In this document: positions 20,020 to 28,649 of the stretch, one piece after another | How positions within the stretch are numbered: the stretch's first letter is position 1 | How the letters are laid out: each line of letters starts with the position of its first letter | DNA from: Candidatus Methylomirabilis oxygeniifera | GTDB taxonomy: Bacteria > Methylomirabilota > Methylomirabilia > Methylomirabilales > Methylomirabilaceae | NCBI GenBank assembly: GCA_000091165.1 | Contig: FP565575.1 | Location: forward strand, 570,001-602,000 | Reading direction: 5' to 3' | Length of the DNA stretch: 32,000 nucleotides | Program-made: the position numbers and the translations under genes | The notes under the pieces: generated by a model | Databases searched by the model: none | What the model saw: the letters and a program-made list of their open reading frames with translations, nothing else | Told to the model about the DNA's origin: nothing

Positions 20020-21531
20020 TCAATGGCTTTCGGCACGCGACTGCCGTGAAGTGGGCGATGTCTCGAAAAACCGTCGCCACGATTCAAGATGTTCCTGCGC
20101 GTAAGTCAAAGCCTCCCCACGGCTGGCGATGAGCCCTGTTGCCTGAGCCTCCTGCAAGCGATCAAGTACAGATCCCAGGAAAGGGCCAGGCACAATATTG
20201 AACGTCTCGATCAGATCGTCTCCTCGTAAGATGGGCTTGACCTGACTGGTCAGAAACTCGGTTCTGTAGAACCGGAACGCCTCCCTCAGGAACACCTGGT
20301 GCCGGACGAACGCCTCAGTTTCTCCGCCAAAGGTGGCCCGCAGGTCCGCCCACGAGTGCAGCAACACAAGGGGAACCGCATCATCCGCTTCCCTGAAGAA
20401 ACGATACTGCGCCCTGGCGGTCACGGTTGTTGCGCTCGAGAGGTGGATCGGCCGCAAGTGATGTTGCTCGATGCCGGCCACCAGGCTCGTGGCCAGCCGA
20501 CCCAATCGAAGGCGGTCGCACAGGCCAGCGAGGATCGGCAGGCCGGCCTGCTCGTGTCCGAGGAACCGGACCCGACCATCCGGTTGGACGCTTCGGGTTT
20601 TCGGCTTGCCGACATCGTGCAGGAGGGTCAGCAGCTTGAGGATAGCGGTCTCGCTGACGCCCGCTTCGATCTCGCGATCAAGCCGCTCGCGCAACCAGAG
20701 GGCGTGTTCCGGAAAGAGCTGCTCAAGGTGTGCGAGCAGCAGCTCGATAGACCACAGCGTCTGAAGCGAGTGTTCCCAGAGAGGCAGACGATGTGGTGTG
20801 CTCGCCGGAACTGATTTGAGCGCCTCGGCTTCCGGGACCAGCACCTTCAGAAGTTGTAGGACGTCGAGCTGCTCGATCCAAGGCGCCGCAGGGACCGTAT
20901 CGAGGATCCTGAACAGCTCGTCGCGCAGACGCTCCCCCGCTGCCGTTCCGAGGAGCGGTGCGCGCTCGATGATCGACCGTCTGGTGTGCTCCTCAATAGT
21001 GAAGTCGAGTTCTGCCGCCAGGCGGACTGCCCTGATCAGACGAAGCGGATCGCGATCGAATGCCGATGGGGCAATGGCGCGCAGGCGCTTTTCCTTCAGA
21101 TCGTTCAGCCCACCCGTTGGATCGATTACACGCAGAGGGTGAAGGGTATCGAGCCTTACGGCTAGGGCATTGACGGTGAAATCGCGAGCTACCAGATCAG
21201 CCTCGATCGTCTCACCCTTCGGCCGACTGATATCGATCTGTACGATGGCTCCCGCCGATCGGATGATGGTCCGAACCGTCTCCTGGTCAAGGCGCACGAG
21301 GCTGCCTTCCAGGGAATCGACCAGGTTGCGACCGAATCGTTCAGGCTCCCCCCAGACCACCAGATCAAGGTCGGCGCGTCTTACCCTGCTGCGACCGAGT
21401 AGAAGATCACGCAGGTATCCGCCAACCAGATACAGAGGACCTGTCCTGTTTGAAGCCGCAACCGCCACTATAGCGCGAAGATACGGCTCTCTGTGGAGCG
21501 TGTCCGGCCCGAAGCTCCACGTCCCACTCAT
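20020..21531 (-). CDS. cca: tRNA nucleotidyltransferase/poly(A) polymerase family protein with HD domain (CCA-adding enzyme-like)
   Basis: 503 aa. The head domain has LVGGYLRDLLLGR...DLDLVV and the C-terminal HD domain has LLHDVGKP. Specificity (CCA-adding, A-adding or CC-adding) cannot be told by eye. Confidence 0.8.
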   Translation of the reverse strand: MSGTWSFGPDTLHREPYLRAIVAVAASNRTGPLYLVGGYLRDLLLGRSRVRRADLDLVVWGEPERFGRNLVDSLEGSLVRLDQETVRTIIRSAGAIVQIDISRPKGETIEADLVARDFTVNALAVRLDTLHPLRVIDPTGGLNDLKEKRLRAIAPSAFDRDPLRLIRAVRLAAELDFTIEEHTRRSIIERAPLLGTAAGERLRDELFRILDTVPAAPWIEQLDVLQLLKVLVPEAEALKSVPASTPHRLPLWEHSLQTLWSIELLLAHLEQLFPEHALWLRERLDREIEAGVSETAILKLLTLLHDVGKPKTRSVQPDGRVRFLGHEQAGLPILAGLCDRLRLGRLATSLVAGIEQHHLRPIHLSSATTVTARAQYRFFREADDAVPLVLLHSWADLRATFGGETEAFVRHQVFLREAFRFYRTEFLTSQVKPILRGDDLIETFNIVPGPFLGSVLDRLQEAQATGLIASRGEALTYAQEHLESWRRFFETSPTSRQSRAESH

Positions 21532-21544
21532 CTGAAAAATTTCC

Positions 21545-21574
21545 TTGCCATGACTGATTCCTGCCCTATATGAT
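21545..21574 (+). promoter_or_regulatory. Possible promoter for the DUF1858-cysE pair
   Basis: TTGCCA (21545-21550), 18-nt spacer, TATGAT (21569-21574). Confidence 0.3.
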
Positions 21575-21709
21575 AAGTCAAATAGTCGAGAAAGGCGGTT
21601 CTGTGCCTGCCCTCACTCCGGGAGACTGTCGATAACGTGACCAGGGCGACGACAGGGGTCGCTCCTGCGAGAACAATAATGACACGGATATGATCGGGAA
21701 GGAAGCAGC

Positions 21710-21916
21710 ATGATGAGGATTACCGCGGAGATGAAGATTGACAATGTGGTGCGGCAGTACCCGGAGACCGTTCAGGTGTTTAACCGGTATGGCGTCGCCT
21801 GCCTGGGGTGCTCCGCGGCTGAGTACGACAACATCGCTGTCAGTGCCCAGGTCCACGGTGTCAACCTCGACCAGCTCCTGCGGGAGTTGAACGAGACCGT
21901 AGCGATCCGAAACTGA
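21710..21916 (+). CDS. DUF1858 domain protein (hybrid-cluster-protein-associated redox disulfide domain-like)
   Basis: 68 aa. [39 protein letters not shown]... matches the DUF1858 pattern, including the CxxC (CLGC). Confidence 0.75.
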   Translation: MMRITAEMKIDNVVRQYPETVQVFNRYGVACLGCSAAEYDNIAVSAQVHGVNLDQLLRELNETVAIRN

Positions 21917-21930
21917 ATCGCACACATCGC

Positions 21931-22635
21931 GTGTTCACAACACTCAAACGAGACATCCAGGCAGCCCTGAACCGAGATCCAGCCGCTCGCAGCGCGCTGG
22001 AGGTTCTCGTATGCTACCCCGGCCTGCACGCCCTGTATTTCCACCGCATCGCGCACTGGTTGTGGGGCGGCAACCTGAAGATCCTCGGCCGCCTGATTTC
22101 GCATGTGGGCCGGTTCCTGACCGGGATTGAAATCCACCCCGGCGCGCGTCTCGGCCGGGGCCTTTTCATCGATCACGGCAACGGGGTGGTTATCGGCGAG
22201 ACCAGCGAGATCGGTGAGGATGTCACCATCTATCAGGGCGTCACGCTGGGCGGCACCAGCCTGGAGAAAAAGAAGCGCCATCCGACGATCGGTAACGGCG
22301 TCGTCATCGGCGCAGGCGCCACCATTCTCGGGCCGATCAAGGTCGGAGACAACAGTCGCATCGGTTCAGGCTCCGTGGTGGTGAAGGAGGTTCCTCCGAA
22401 CTCGCTTGTGGTCGGTGTGCCGGGGCAGGTTATCTATCGCGACGGCAAGCGCGTGCCCCCGTCCGTCGATCTGGAGATGACCGACATGCCGAACCCCGCC
22501 GAGAAAGCCATCCGGTGCGTTCTGGAGCGTCTACACGAGCTGGAAAAGGAAGTTGAGACGCTCAAAAAGGAACTGACGTCTGTCCACGCTCCCTATACGT
22601 CGTCCTCGCGATACCACTCCCCGCGAAACGAGTAG
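21931..22635 (+). CDS. cysE: Serine O-acetyltransferase
   Basis: [20 protein letters not shown], then hexapeptide repeats [47 protein letters not shown] start. Confidence 0.92.
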   Translation: MFTTLKRDIQAALNRDPAARSALEVLVCYPGLHALYFHRIAHWLWGGNLKILGRLISHVGRFLTGIEIHPGARLGRGLFIDHGNGVVIGETSEIGEDVTIYQGVTLGGTSLEKKKRHPTIGNGVVIGAGATILGPIKVGDNSRIGSGSVVVKEVPPNSLVVGVPGQVIYRDGKRVPPSVDLEMTDMPNPAEKAIRCVLERLHELEKEVETLKKELTSVHAPYTSSSRYHSPRNE

Positions 22636-22653
22636 CCCGCCACAAACAGCGCC

Positions 22654-23907
22654 CTAATCAGGCGGGGTCATTGACCAGGTCTGGTCCGGCTCTTCTCTGG
22701 CGATAACCACAATGCCCGAGTCCGAGACGTGGTAGCGCTCACGGTCCTTCTCTGCGTGATAGCCGATCTCGGTTCCTGGTCGGATAAACACATTTTTATC
22801 GATGATGGCCCGCCGAATCCGACAGCCCCGTCCGATTTCAACCCGATTCATGATGACCGATTCCTCAATCTGGCAATGGCTGTGAATACGGACGTTACGG
22901 CCGATTACTGAATTGCGGACCAGGCTTCCGCTGATGATGGTCCCCTCGGCGACGATAGAGTCCAACGCCATCCCTCGCCGCCCGTCTTCATCAAAGACGA
23001 ATTTGGCGGGCGGGTCGCTGTAGCTGACGGTACGAATCGGCCAACTCCGGTTGTAGAGGTTAAAGGTCGGGTGGACGGCCCGCAGGTCCATATTTGCCTC
23101 GTAATACGCCTCAATAGTTCCGACATCCCGCCAATAACTCGGCTCCTCCCCTCGCAACAAGGTAGGAATCCGGTTCCTCCTGAAGTCGTAGGCATACACC
23201 TTCCTGCCTTCTGCCACCAGACGAGGGAGAACGTCTCTGCCGAAGTCGTGGGTGCTGTGGGGATCATGCGCGTCCTCCTCGACTGCCCGGAGTAGAAGAT
23301 CCGTCTCGAACAGGTAGTTACCCATTGAGACGAGCGCGTGTTCCGACTCCCCAGGGATCGGTTTTGGCTGTGCGGGTTTTTCCTCGAAGCCGAGAAGCCG
23401 CCAGGTGTGATCCGCTTCCATTACGCCGTAATGCGATGCCTCCTCAATGCCGACCGGAAGGGCTGCAACGGTAACCTCTGCCTCCCTTCGCAGGTGGTAC
23501 TCCATCATTTGGCGAATATTCATCTTATAAATATGGTCGGCTCCGAAGACCGCCACAACGCGTGGGTGGACCCGCTTGATCAGATGAACATTCTGGAAGA
23601 CAGCATCCGCCGTTCCGCGGTACCAATCTTCGCCCGTCCGCATCTGGGCAGGAACCGGAACGACAAAATGATTTCGGGACACGCTGGTTACTTGCCAGCC
23701 TTCCTGCAGGTGCTCCACCAGCGACTGGGCCTTGAATTGCGTCAGGACATAGATGGAATAGATACCGGAGTTGACGAAATTGGACAGGACCACGTCGATG
23801 ATTCGGTACTTGCCGCCGAACGGGACCGCCGGCTTGGCTCGGTCCTTCGTCAGAGGATGGAGCCTTTCACCTCGTCCTCCCGCCATAATGATTCCCAGAA
23901 CGGTCAT
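22654..23907 (-). CDS. glgC: Glucose-1-phosphate adenylyltransferase
   Basis: GIIMAGGRGERLHPLTKDRAKPAVPFGGKYRIIDVVLSN plus a C-terminal left-handed beta-helix region. 417 aa. Confidence 0.95.
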   Translation of the reverse strand: MTVLGIIMAGGRGERLHPLTKDRAKPAVPFGGKYRIIDVVLSNFVNSGIYSIYVLTQFKAQSLVEHLQEGWQVTSVSRNHFVVPVPAQMRTGEDWYRGTADAVFQNVHLIKRVHPRVVAVFGADHIYKMNIRQMMEYHLRREAEVTVAALPVGIEEASHYGVMEADHTWRLLGFEEKPAQPKPIPGESEHALVSMGNYLFETDLLLRAVEEDAHDPHSTHDFGRDVLPRLVAEGRKVYAYDFRRNRIPTLLRGEEPSYWRDVGTIEAYYEANMDLRAVHPTFNLYNRSWPIRTVSYSDPPAKFVFDEDGRRGMALDSIVAEGTIISGSLVRNSVIGRNVRIHSHCQIEESVIMNRVEIGRGCRIRRAIIDKNVFIRPGTEIGYHAEKDRERYHVSDSGIVVIAREEPDQTWSMTPPD

Positions 23908-24156
23908 CCGCTATCCTCCTCAAATCCAGACCATGTGGTCAGTGCGTCGGAATTCAGCCTCTGCCGAGTACGGCCCAAGTGGGGTGCGACTCAGCATTGC
24001 TGCGATTATCCACACTCAGGCGGCCGTTGGCAAGAGAATGAACCTGGTACGCTTCTACTTTCTGGACCATAGATCGCATGACACTTTTAGGAGAGGCGCC
24101 TGATAGAGGGGATGGGGGTGAGGCTGAGAGGGGAAAACTTGCCAACCGGGGCAGCC

Positions 24157-25380
24157 TCATGTCCGGTGGAGGACGTTGAACAGGGCGGGTGGCGATAAGA
24201 GGGCGTGTGGCGGGAGTAGATCCCCGATGATACCAAGCAGCAGATTCGCAAGCGATTGACGTCGACAGAGAAGCCGCGCGACCGCGTTCGCAACGCGTGG
24301 TCGACGGATGATGGCCTGTAACGCAATACCAAGCCGCCGCCTGCCTCTCACAGCATTGCGCTGATGGTGATCAAACCGCGCAAGGTGAGCCTCGGTCAGA
24401 CCCCCGTCGCCTTCGGCACAGGCGGAGACGATCTCGCTGGCCGCGAGTTGCGCGCCGCAAAGGGCGTGACCTACCCCTTCGCCGGTAAAAGGATCGTAAA
24501 AGCCTGCCGCATCTCCAATTAGCAGCGCGCCGGCCATGGCGCTACGACTCGCTCGAAACGCCAGAGGGCCGAGGCATCGGACCGACCCGCGTCGCACCGT
24601 GTCACGAAGGGCGCTCAGTGCGAGGGGAAACGCCTGCAGCGTGCCGTCGAACAGCTCGTCAAGTTGCCCTTTCCAGCCTTGCACGATCCCCTGATCCACC
24701 ACAATGGCGGCGTTGGTCAGCCATTCACCGATTGAATTCAGGATGCAATACGACCGATCGCCGATCGAGATCAGCCCGTGATCCTGAAGTGTACTGACCC
24801 CCTCATAGTAGGCGACCAGCGCCATCCGATGTAGCGTAGGATGCGGCTGATACAGGCCGAGCCGCCTGGCGACCACTGAGTCTCGTCCGTCCGCTCCCAC
24901 GACGATCCGCCCTCGATACGTCTCCGGGCCCGTCGGCCCGATCCCTGTGACACCGCACACTTGCCCGTTCTCCAAAATCAGATCGGTCACGCGCAACCCT
25001 TCGACGCATCTCGCCCCGAAACCGCGAGCCCATTTCAGCAAGAGGCTGTCAAGGATAGCCCTTGGAATGGAAAGCGCGAACGGGGGCCCCGCGTTGATTC
25101 TGCTGATGGCGGGAAATTCGGCCGTGAAGGTCGTACCATCCGGGGAGATAATCGTCATGCCCAGCAGGCGCCGCGCCCCGGCCGAGCGTACGAGGTCAAG
25201 CAGATTAAGCTGATCGAGAAGTCCGACGGTCCCCGGGCTGAGATAGTCGCCGCAGATCTTCTCGCGAGGGAAGGTCGCCTTGTCGAGCAGCAGCGCGTCA
25301 ATCCCGCGCCGGGCTAAAAGACCGGCTAGGACCGAGCCGGCCGGACCGGCGCCCACAATGATGACCGTGGTCTGTGGCAT
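24157..25380 (-). CDS. FAD-dependent oxidoreductase (geranylgeranyl-reductase / aromatic-ring hydroxylase fold)
   Basis: 407 aa. N-terminal dinucleotide fold VIIVGAGPAGSVLAGLLARRGIDALLLDK, then GADGRDSVVAR and the GDAAGFYDPFTGEG motif. Confidence 0.85.
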   Translation of the reverse strand: MPQTTVIIVGAGPAGSVLAGLLARRGIDALLLDKATFPREKICGDYLSPGTVGLLDQLNLLDLVRSAGARRLLGMTIISPDGTTFTAEFPAISRINAGPPFALSIPRAILDSLLLKWARGFGARCVEGLRVTDLILENGQVCGVTGIGPTGPETYRGRIVVGADGRDSVVARRLGLYQPHPTLHRMALVAYYEGVSTLQDHGLISIGDRSYCILNSIGEWLTNAAIVVDQGIVQGWKGQLDELFDGTLQAFPLALSALRDTVRRGSVRCLGPLAFRASRSAMAGALLIGDAAGFYDPFTGEGVGHALCGAQLAASEIVSACAEGDGGLTEAHLARFDHHQRNAVRGRRRLGIALQAIIRRPRVANAVARLLCRRQSLANLLLGIIGDLLPPHALLSPPALFNVLHRT

Positions 25381-25386
25381 GATGTA

Positions 25387-25559
25387 GCGAATAGCCTTCA
25401 GCGATCAGCCCTCAGCCGTCAGCTTCAAACAAACCCCCCTGACCCCCCTTTCAAAAAAAGGGGGGGATATTACTGAGACGCTTCCTTCCCTCCCCCTTTC
25501 GTAAAGGGGGATTGAGGAGGTTTTCATGCGTTGATCGCTGAAAGCTGATAGCTGTCTTC
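25387..25559. repeat. Composite repeat block: heptad array, two C/G hairpin units and an inverted heptad array
   Basis: [GCNNTCA]x6 at 25387-25428. Hairpin B1 cccccctttcaaaaaaaggggggg lies within 25431-25469. Hairpin B2 ccccctttcgtaaaggggg...ggttttcatgcg lies within 25484-25530. [TGANNGC]x4 at 25532-25559. Together they fill the whole 179-bp spacer between the methyltransferase and FAD genes. Confidence 0.85.
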
Positions 25560-26282
25560 TCAAGTTGCAATCTCTTTGGTGAGGGCGATGCGGAACCAGA
25601 GATGACGGCTCAGTCGCACATCGGTAAGACCGGCTTCGGTCGCCATGCGACGCAACTCCTCTGGTCTGAAACCGCGAAGGACCGACATCGGACCGTCGTG
25701 GCGCGTCAGCCGATTGCCGGATAGCAGCCGTGTAGTTATCGCGGTCAGCAGACAGGCGAGTCGGCTGCGCAGCAGGTCATTGACCAGCAGCCCGCGTCGG
25801 GTTACCCGCGCCATCTCCCGCAGCAGGAGGATTCCTTCCGCCTCCGTCAGGTGGTGAAAGAAGAGAGAGGCGATGACGTAGTCGAAGCTGCGGTCCGGGT
25901 AGGGCAAGGGGGGCACTTGCGCCTGTCGCAGTCGGATCTCCGGGAAGTCGATCGACCATTCGGTTGCAGCCGCCAGAACATGGTCGTTCTGATCCACGGC
26001 TTCAATAGCGACAGGAAATTTGCGCTTCCTGGCCCAACGGCAGATGGCCCTGGGAATATCGGCGCCGCCGGTTGCCATATCCAGAATCGTGAAGGACCTC
26101 GGCGAATGCTGTTCTACCATTCGACCGAGGCATAAGAGTACCGTACGCACACCGCCGAAATATCGGTTCAGTCGCTCCAGGTCGCGCAGATTCTCACGGA
26201 TCTCCTCAGCGGAGTTATCCGAGCGGTCCAGTAGTTCCGCCGCCCCTTGGAGACGAGGGAGGGACAGTCGGGTCGTCACCAT
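25560..26282 (-). CDS. Class I SAM-dependent methyltransferase
   Basis: 240 aa. Motif I context FTILDMATGGADIPRAI and the later FDYVIASLFFHHL. The start overlaps the PKS stop by 7 nt. Confidence 0.8.
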   Translation of the reverse strand: MVTTRLSLPRLQGAAELLDRSDNSAEEIRENLRDLERLNRYFGGVRTVLLCLGRMVEQHSPRSFTILDMATGGADIPRAICRWARKRKFPVAIEAVDQNDHVLAAATEWSIDFPEIRLRQAQVPPLPYPDRSFDYVIASLFFHHLTEAEGILLLREMARVTRRGLLVNDLLRSRLACLLTAITTRLLSGNRLTRHDGPMSVLRGFRPEELRRMATEAGLTDVRLSRHLWFRIALTKEIAT

Positions 26283-27301
26283 CGCAGTAGCGCACCCTCC
26301 GCGCAGAAGCCCGGCCCGAGCGCAATCATCACGCCCAGGTCGCCGGGAAATGCCTGCCCGGATCTGATCACTTCATTGAGAACGAAGAGAACCGTGGCCG
26401 ACGACATATTCCCGAATTGGCGAAGCACCTGCCGGGAGAATTGGAGGTCAGCGTCACCGAGCCCGATCTCGCGTTGCGCCCGTTCGAGGACCCCTCGGCC
26501 GGCGGAGTGCAGGACCCAGAATCGGATATCCTCCTGCTTAAGATGATAGCGATCGAGTATTGCCGCCGCCAGCTCCTTCATCATGGCGCTGCCGATTCCC
26601 CTGATCTCCTTGGACAGCAGGATGCGGGGTCGTCCGCTCGGATAGGTAAACCCCATCAGGTCAAGGTACTCGGAACGAACCAGACTCATGTGGCCCATGA
26701 CCTCAACCCCGGCGCCATCGGATGCCAGGATGGCCGCCGCGGCCCCGTCGGCAAAGATCGCGTTGGCCACGGCGGTTTCGAGGGAATCATCGAGGTAGTA
26801 GGTTGAGGAACAGATCTCCACGGAGACGATCAGCGCCCGATGATCAGGAAAGGCCAGCAGGTGGTTATAGGCCTGCTGCAGCGCAATCATCCCGCTGGCG
26901 CAGCCCATATCTCCCACATGTACCCGTTGAACCCGTTCCTTCATCCTGAATTCCCGGACGAAATAGGCGTCGAGGTTGGGACACAGCCGGCCGGTGCAGG
27001 TGGTGGTCACTACAAAGTCGATCTCCTGAGCGGAGCAGCCGGCCTTGTCCAGGGCGCGCTGGATCGCCTGGCGGCCGATCTCGATGCCTCCTTTGCGGAA
27101 TCTGGCGTTGAGTTCGTCCGTGGTCTCAGTGGGGCGAAAGGTAGGCTTATCCACATACATATGCCGCTGCTCAATGCCGCTGTGGAGGAAAAAGCCCCGC
27201 CGTCGCTCATCGGTATACGATGCGATGGCCAGCAGCTCTTCTTGGGTGAAAGACGTTGTGGGGTTAGCGGTGTCGAGCGCGATAATCCTGGGGTTGGGCA
27301 T
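26276..27301 (-). CDS. Type III polyketide synthase (chalcone/stilbene synthase family)
   Basis: 341 aa. Catalytic triad contexts DMGCASG (Cys), WVLHSAGRG (His) and FGNMSSATV (Asn), with C-terminal ALGPGF. GGAGG SD upstream of the ATG at 27301. Confidence 0.88.
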   Translation of the reverse strand: MPNPRIIALDTANPTTSFTQEELLAIASYTDERRRGFFLHSGIEQRHMYVDKPTFRPTETTDELNARFRKGGIEIGRQAIQRALDKAGCSAQEIDFVVTTTCTGRLCPNLDAYFVREFRMKERVQRVHVGDMGCASGMIALQQAYNHLLAFPDHRALIVSVEICSSTYYLDDSLETAVANAIFADGAAAAILASDGAGVEVMGHMSLVRSEYLDLMGFTYPSGRPRILLSKEIRGIGSAMMKELAAAILDRYHLKQEDIRFWVLHSAGRGVLERAQREIGLGDADLQFSRQVLRQFGNMSSATVLFVLNEVIRSGQAFPGDLGVMIALGPGFCAEGALLRW

Positions 27302-27558
27302 GTGTACGCCTCCTAATGGTTCATTGGTGCCTCATCGTGGAGAGCAGCCAATCAATTCTACTGAGCGTTCGGCTTCGACGTTCCGGTTGGGTTGTGAGAT
27401 CAAGTTGATCCTACAGCGAAGGTGTGCCATAGTTAGTTGAGTAGGCGAAATGACTCTACCGGGTACCATAGACATCACTATATAACTGAGAGCGTGGTTC
27501 GCAACCTATCATTAAACTATGGGATTGACTCCTCAAGCACAAGAAATTTCTTTAACCT

Positions 27559-28452
27559 ATGTTTACCACAAAAACGTATACAAAAGATTTTAAGTATTTT
27601 AAGGAGCAATACGACGAAAGCATGGAGCGCATGTTTGCGGCGGTCAGCGATCTCTACGCCGAATACTGGAACGATTTTTTTCATTTTGCGCTGTTCAAGG
27701 ATGAAGATGAGAGTCGGGAGTCGGCTTTCCACAATACTCACAAGAAATATCTGGAAGCTCTGCGGATAGGCGACGCGCGTCATGTGCTCGAACTGGCTTG
27801 CGGGAGAGGCGGCTTTACGAATGTTCTGGCCGAACATACGTCCGGTGACGTGTTGGGGATCGATATTTCTCGTTCACAACTTTCACATGCCAGGAGATTC
27901 AAGCGGCCGAACTTACGTTTCAGGCACCACGACATCATGAAAGTTGATGAACTCGGAGAAATGTTTGACGCAGTCGTGCTCATGGACGCGGAGTGCTACT
28001 TACCGGATAAACAATTGGCTGTAGAGAAAATCTCGAACGTGATGAACCCAGGAGCTCGCCTTCTTCTCCTCGGATGGTGCAAGCAGGATGGGTTGAACTC
28101 AATTCAGGAAGAACTTGTCTTGCATCCATTTATGAAATACTGGGCCATCCCAAGTCTTGAAACGCCGGACAATTACAGAAAATATTTTGAGCACAACGAT
28201 TTCAACATCATTGAGATGACTGATCTAAATCATCAAGTCAAGAGAAACTGGGAGTTTGGCTATGCGTCAGCGTTGAAGGCCATTAAGACGCTTTCAATCA
28301 AAGACGTTCCGCGCCTCGTCTGGAAAGATATGAGATTGGGGAGCGAGGGGGTCAGACTCATGAAAGAGCAATTTCCGGCCGCTATCTACATCAAGGTCGG
28401 CTACGACGTGGGGTTCCTTCGCTATGTCTACTTCCTGGTCGAGAAGAAATAA
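27559..28452 (+). CDS. Class I SAM-dependent small-molecule methyltransferase, compositionally atypical (low G+C)
   Basis: 297 aa. The N-terminal LYAEYWNDFFHFALF segment resembles the W..N.HFG.W box of RebM/gamma-tocopherol-MT-like enzymes. Motif I is VLELACGRGG. A hand count gives ~48% G+C against >60% in the neighbours. Confidence 0.75.
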   Translation: MFTTKTYTKDFKYFKEQYDESMERMFAAVSDLYAEYWNDFFHFALFKDEDESRESAFHNTHKKYLEALRIGDARHVLELACGRGGFTNVLAEHTSGDVLGIDISRSQLSHARRFKRPNLRFRHHDIMKVDELGEMFDAVVLMDAECYLPDKQLAVEKISNVMNPGARLLLLGWCKQDGLNSIQEELVLHPFMKYWAIPSLETPDNYRKYFEHNDFNIIEMTDLNHQVKRNWEFGYASALKAIKTLSIKDVPRLVWKDMRLGSEGVRLMKEQFPAAIYIKVGYDVGFLRYVYFLVEKK

Positions 28453-28476
28453 AACTCCTTTTCTCGTACATTTCCC

Positions 28477-28505
28477 TTGACAAGAATTACGTCATATTTG
28501 AATAT
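28477..28505 (+). promoter_or_regulatory. Possible promoter of the gcv operon
   Basis: TTGACA (28477-28482), 17-nt spacer, GAATAT (28500-28505). About 145 nt upstream of gcvT. Confidence 0.35.
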
Positions 28506-28649
28506 CGCCCCGTATCTGAGGTGAGGTTCCTCTTTTTATTTCCCGCCGATAACACCCATACACGCTAGATCGACGATGCCACATGACAGTGACCGACCTT
28601 TGCCGGCCTCGCGCGTGCTTGACATCGCCACCGATAGTGGGGGTAGCAG

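Noticed and set aside
21691-21712. gggaaggaagcagc, which resembles the SRP RNA domain IV motif.
   Set aside because: It has no complementary 5' strand or GNAR tetraloop context. It lies exactly at the SD/start of the DUF1858 gene, so it is a ribosome-binding site.
25381-25559. The clustered short repeats here (and at 3184-3225 and 11957-12025) as a possible CRISPR array.
   Set aside because: The units are 7-nt tandem repeats and palindromic hairpins without unique spacers of 25-40 nt. No cas genes are present.
27302-28560. The low-GC methyltransferase island as a mobile element or genomic island.
   Set aside because: No integrase or transposase, terminal inverted repeats, flanking direct repeats or adjacent tRNA could be found. 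It is reported only as a compositional anomaly.
28453-28649. Glycine riboswitch upstream of gcvT.
   Set aside because: I expected one and looked for the GGAGAG...CACCGAAGGGGCAA-type aptamer cores on the plus strand. Nothing resembling them is present. Only a weak GAGG/CCTC hairpin plus T-run (28518-28540) and promoter-like hexamers are there. A covariance-model scan (Rfam glycine riboswitch) would settle it.
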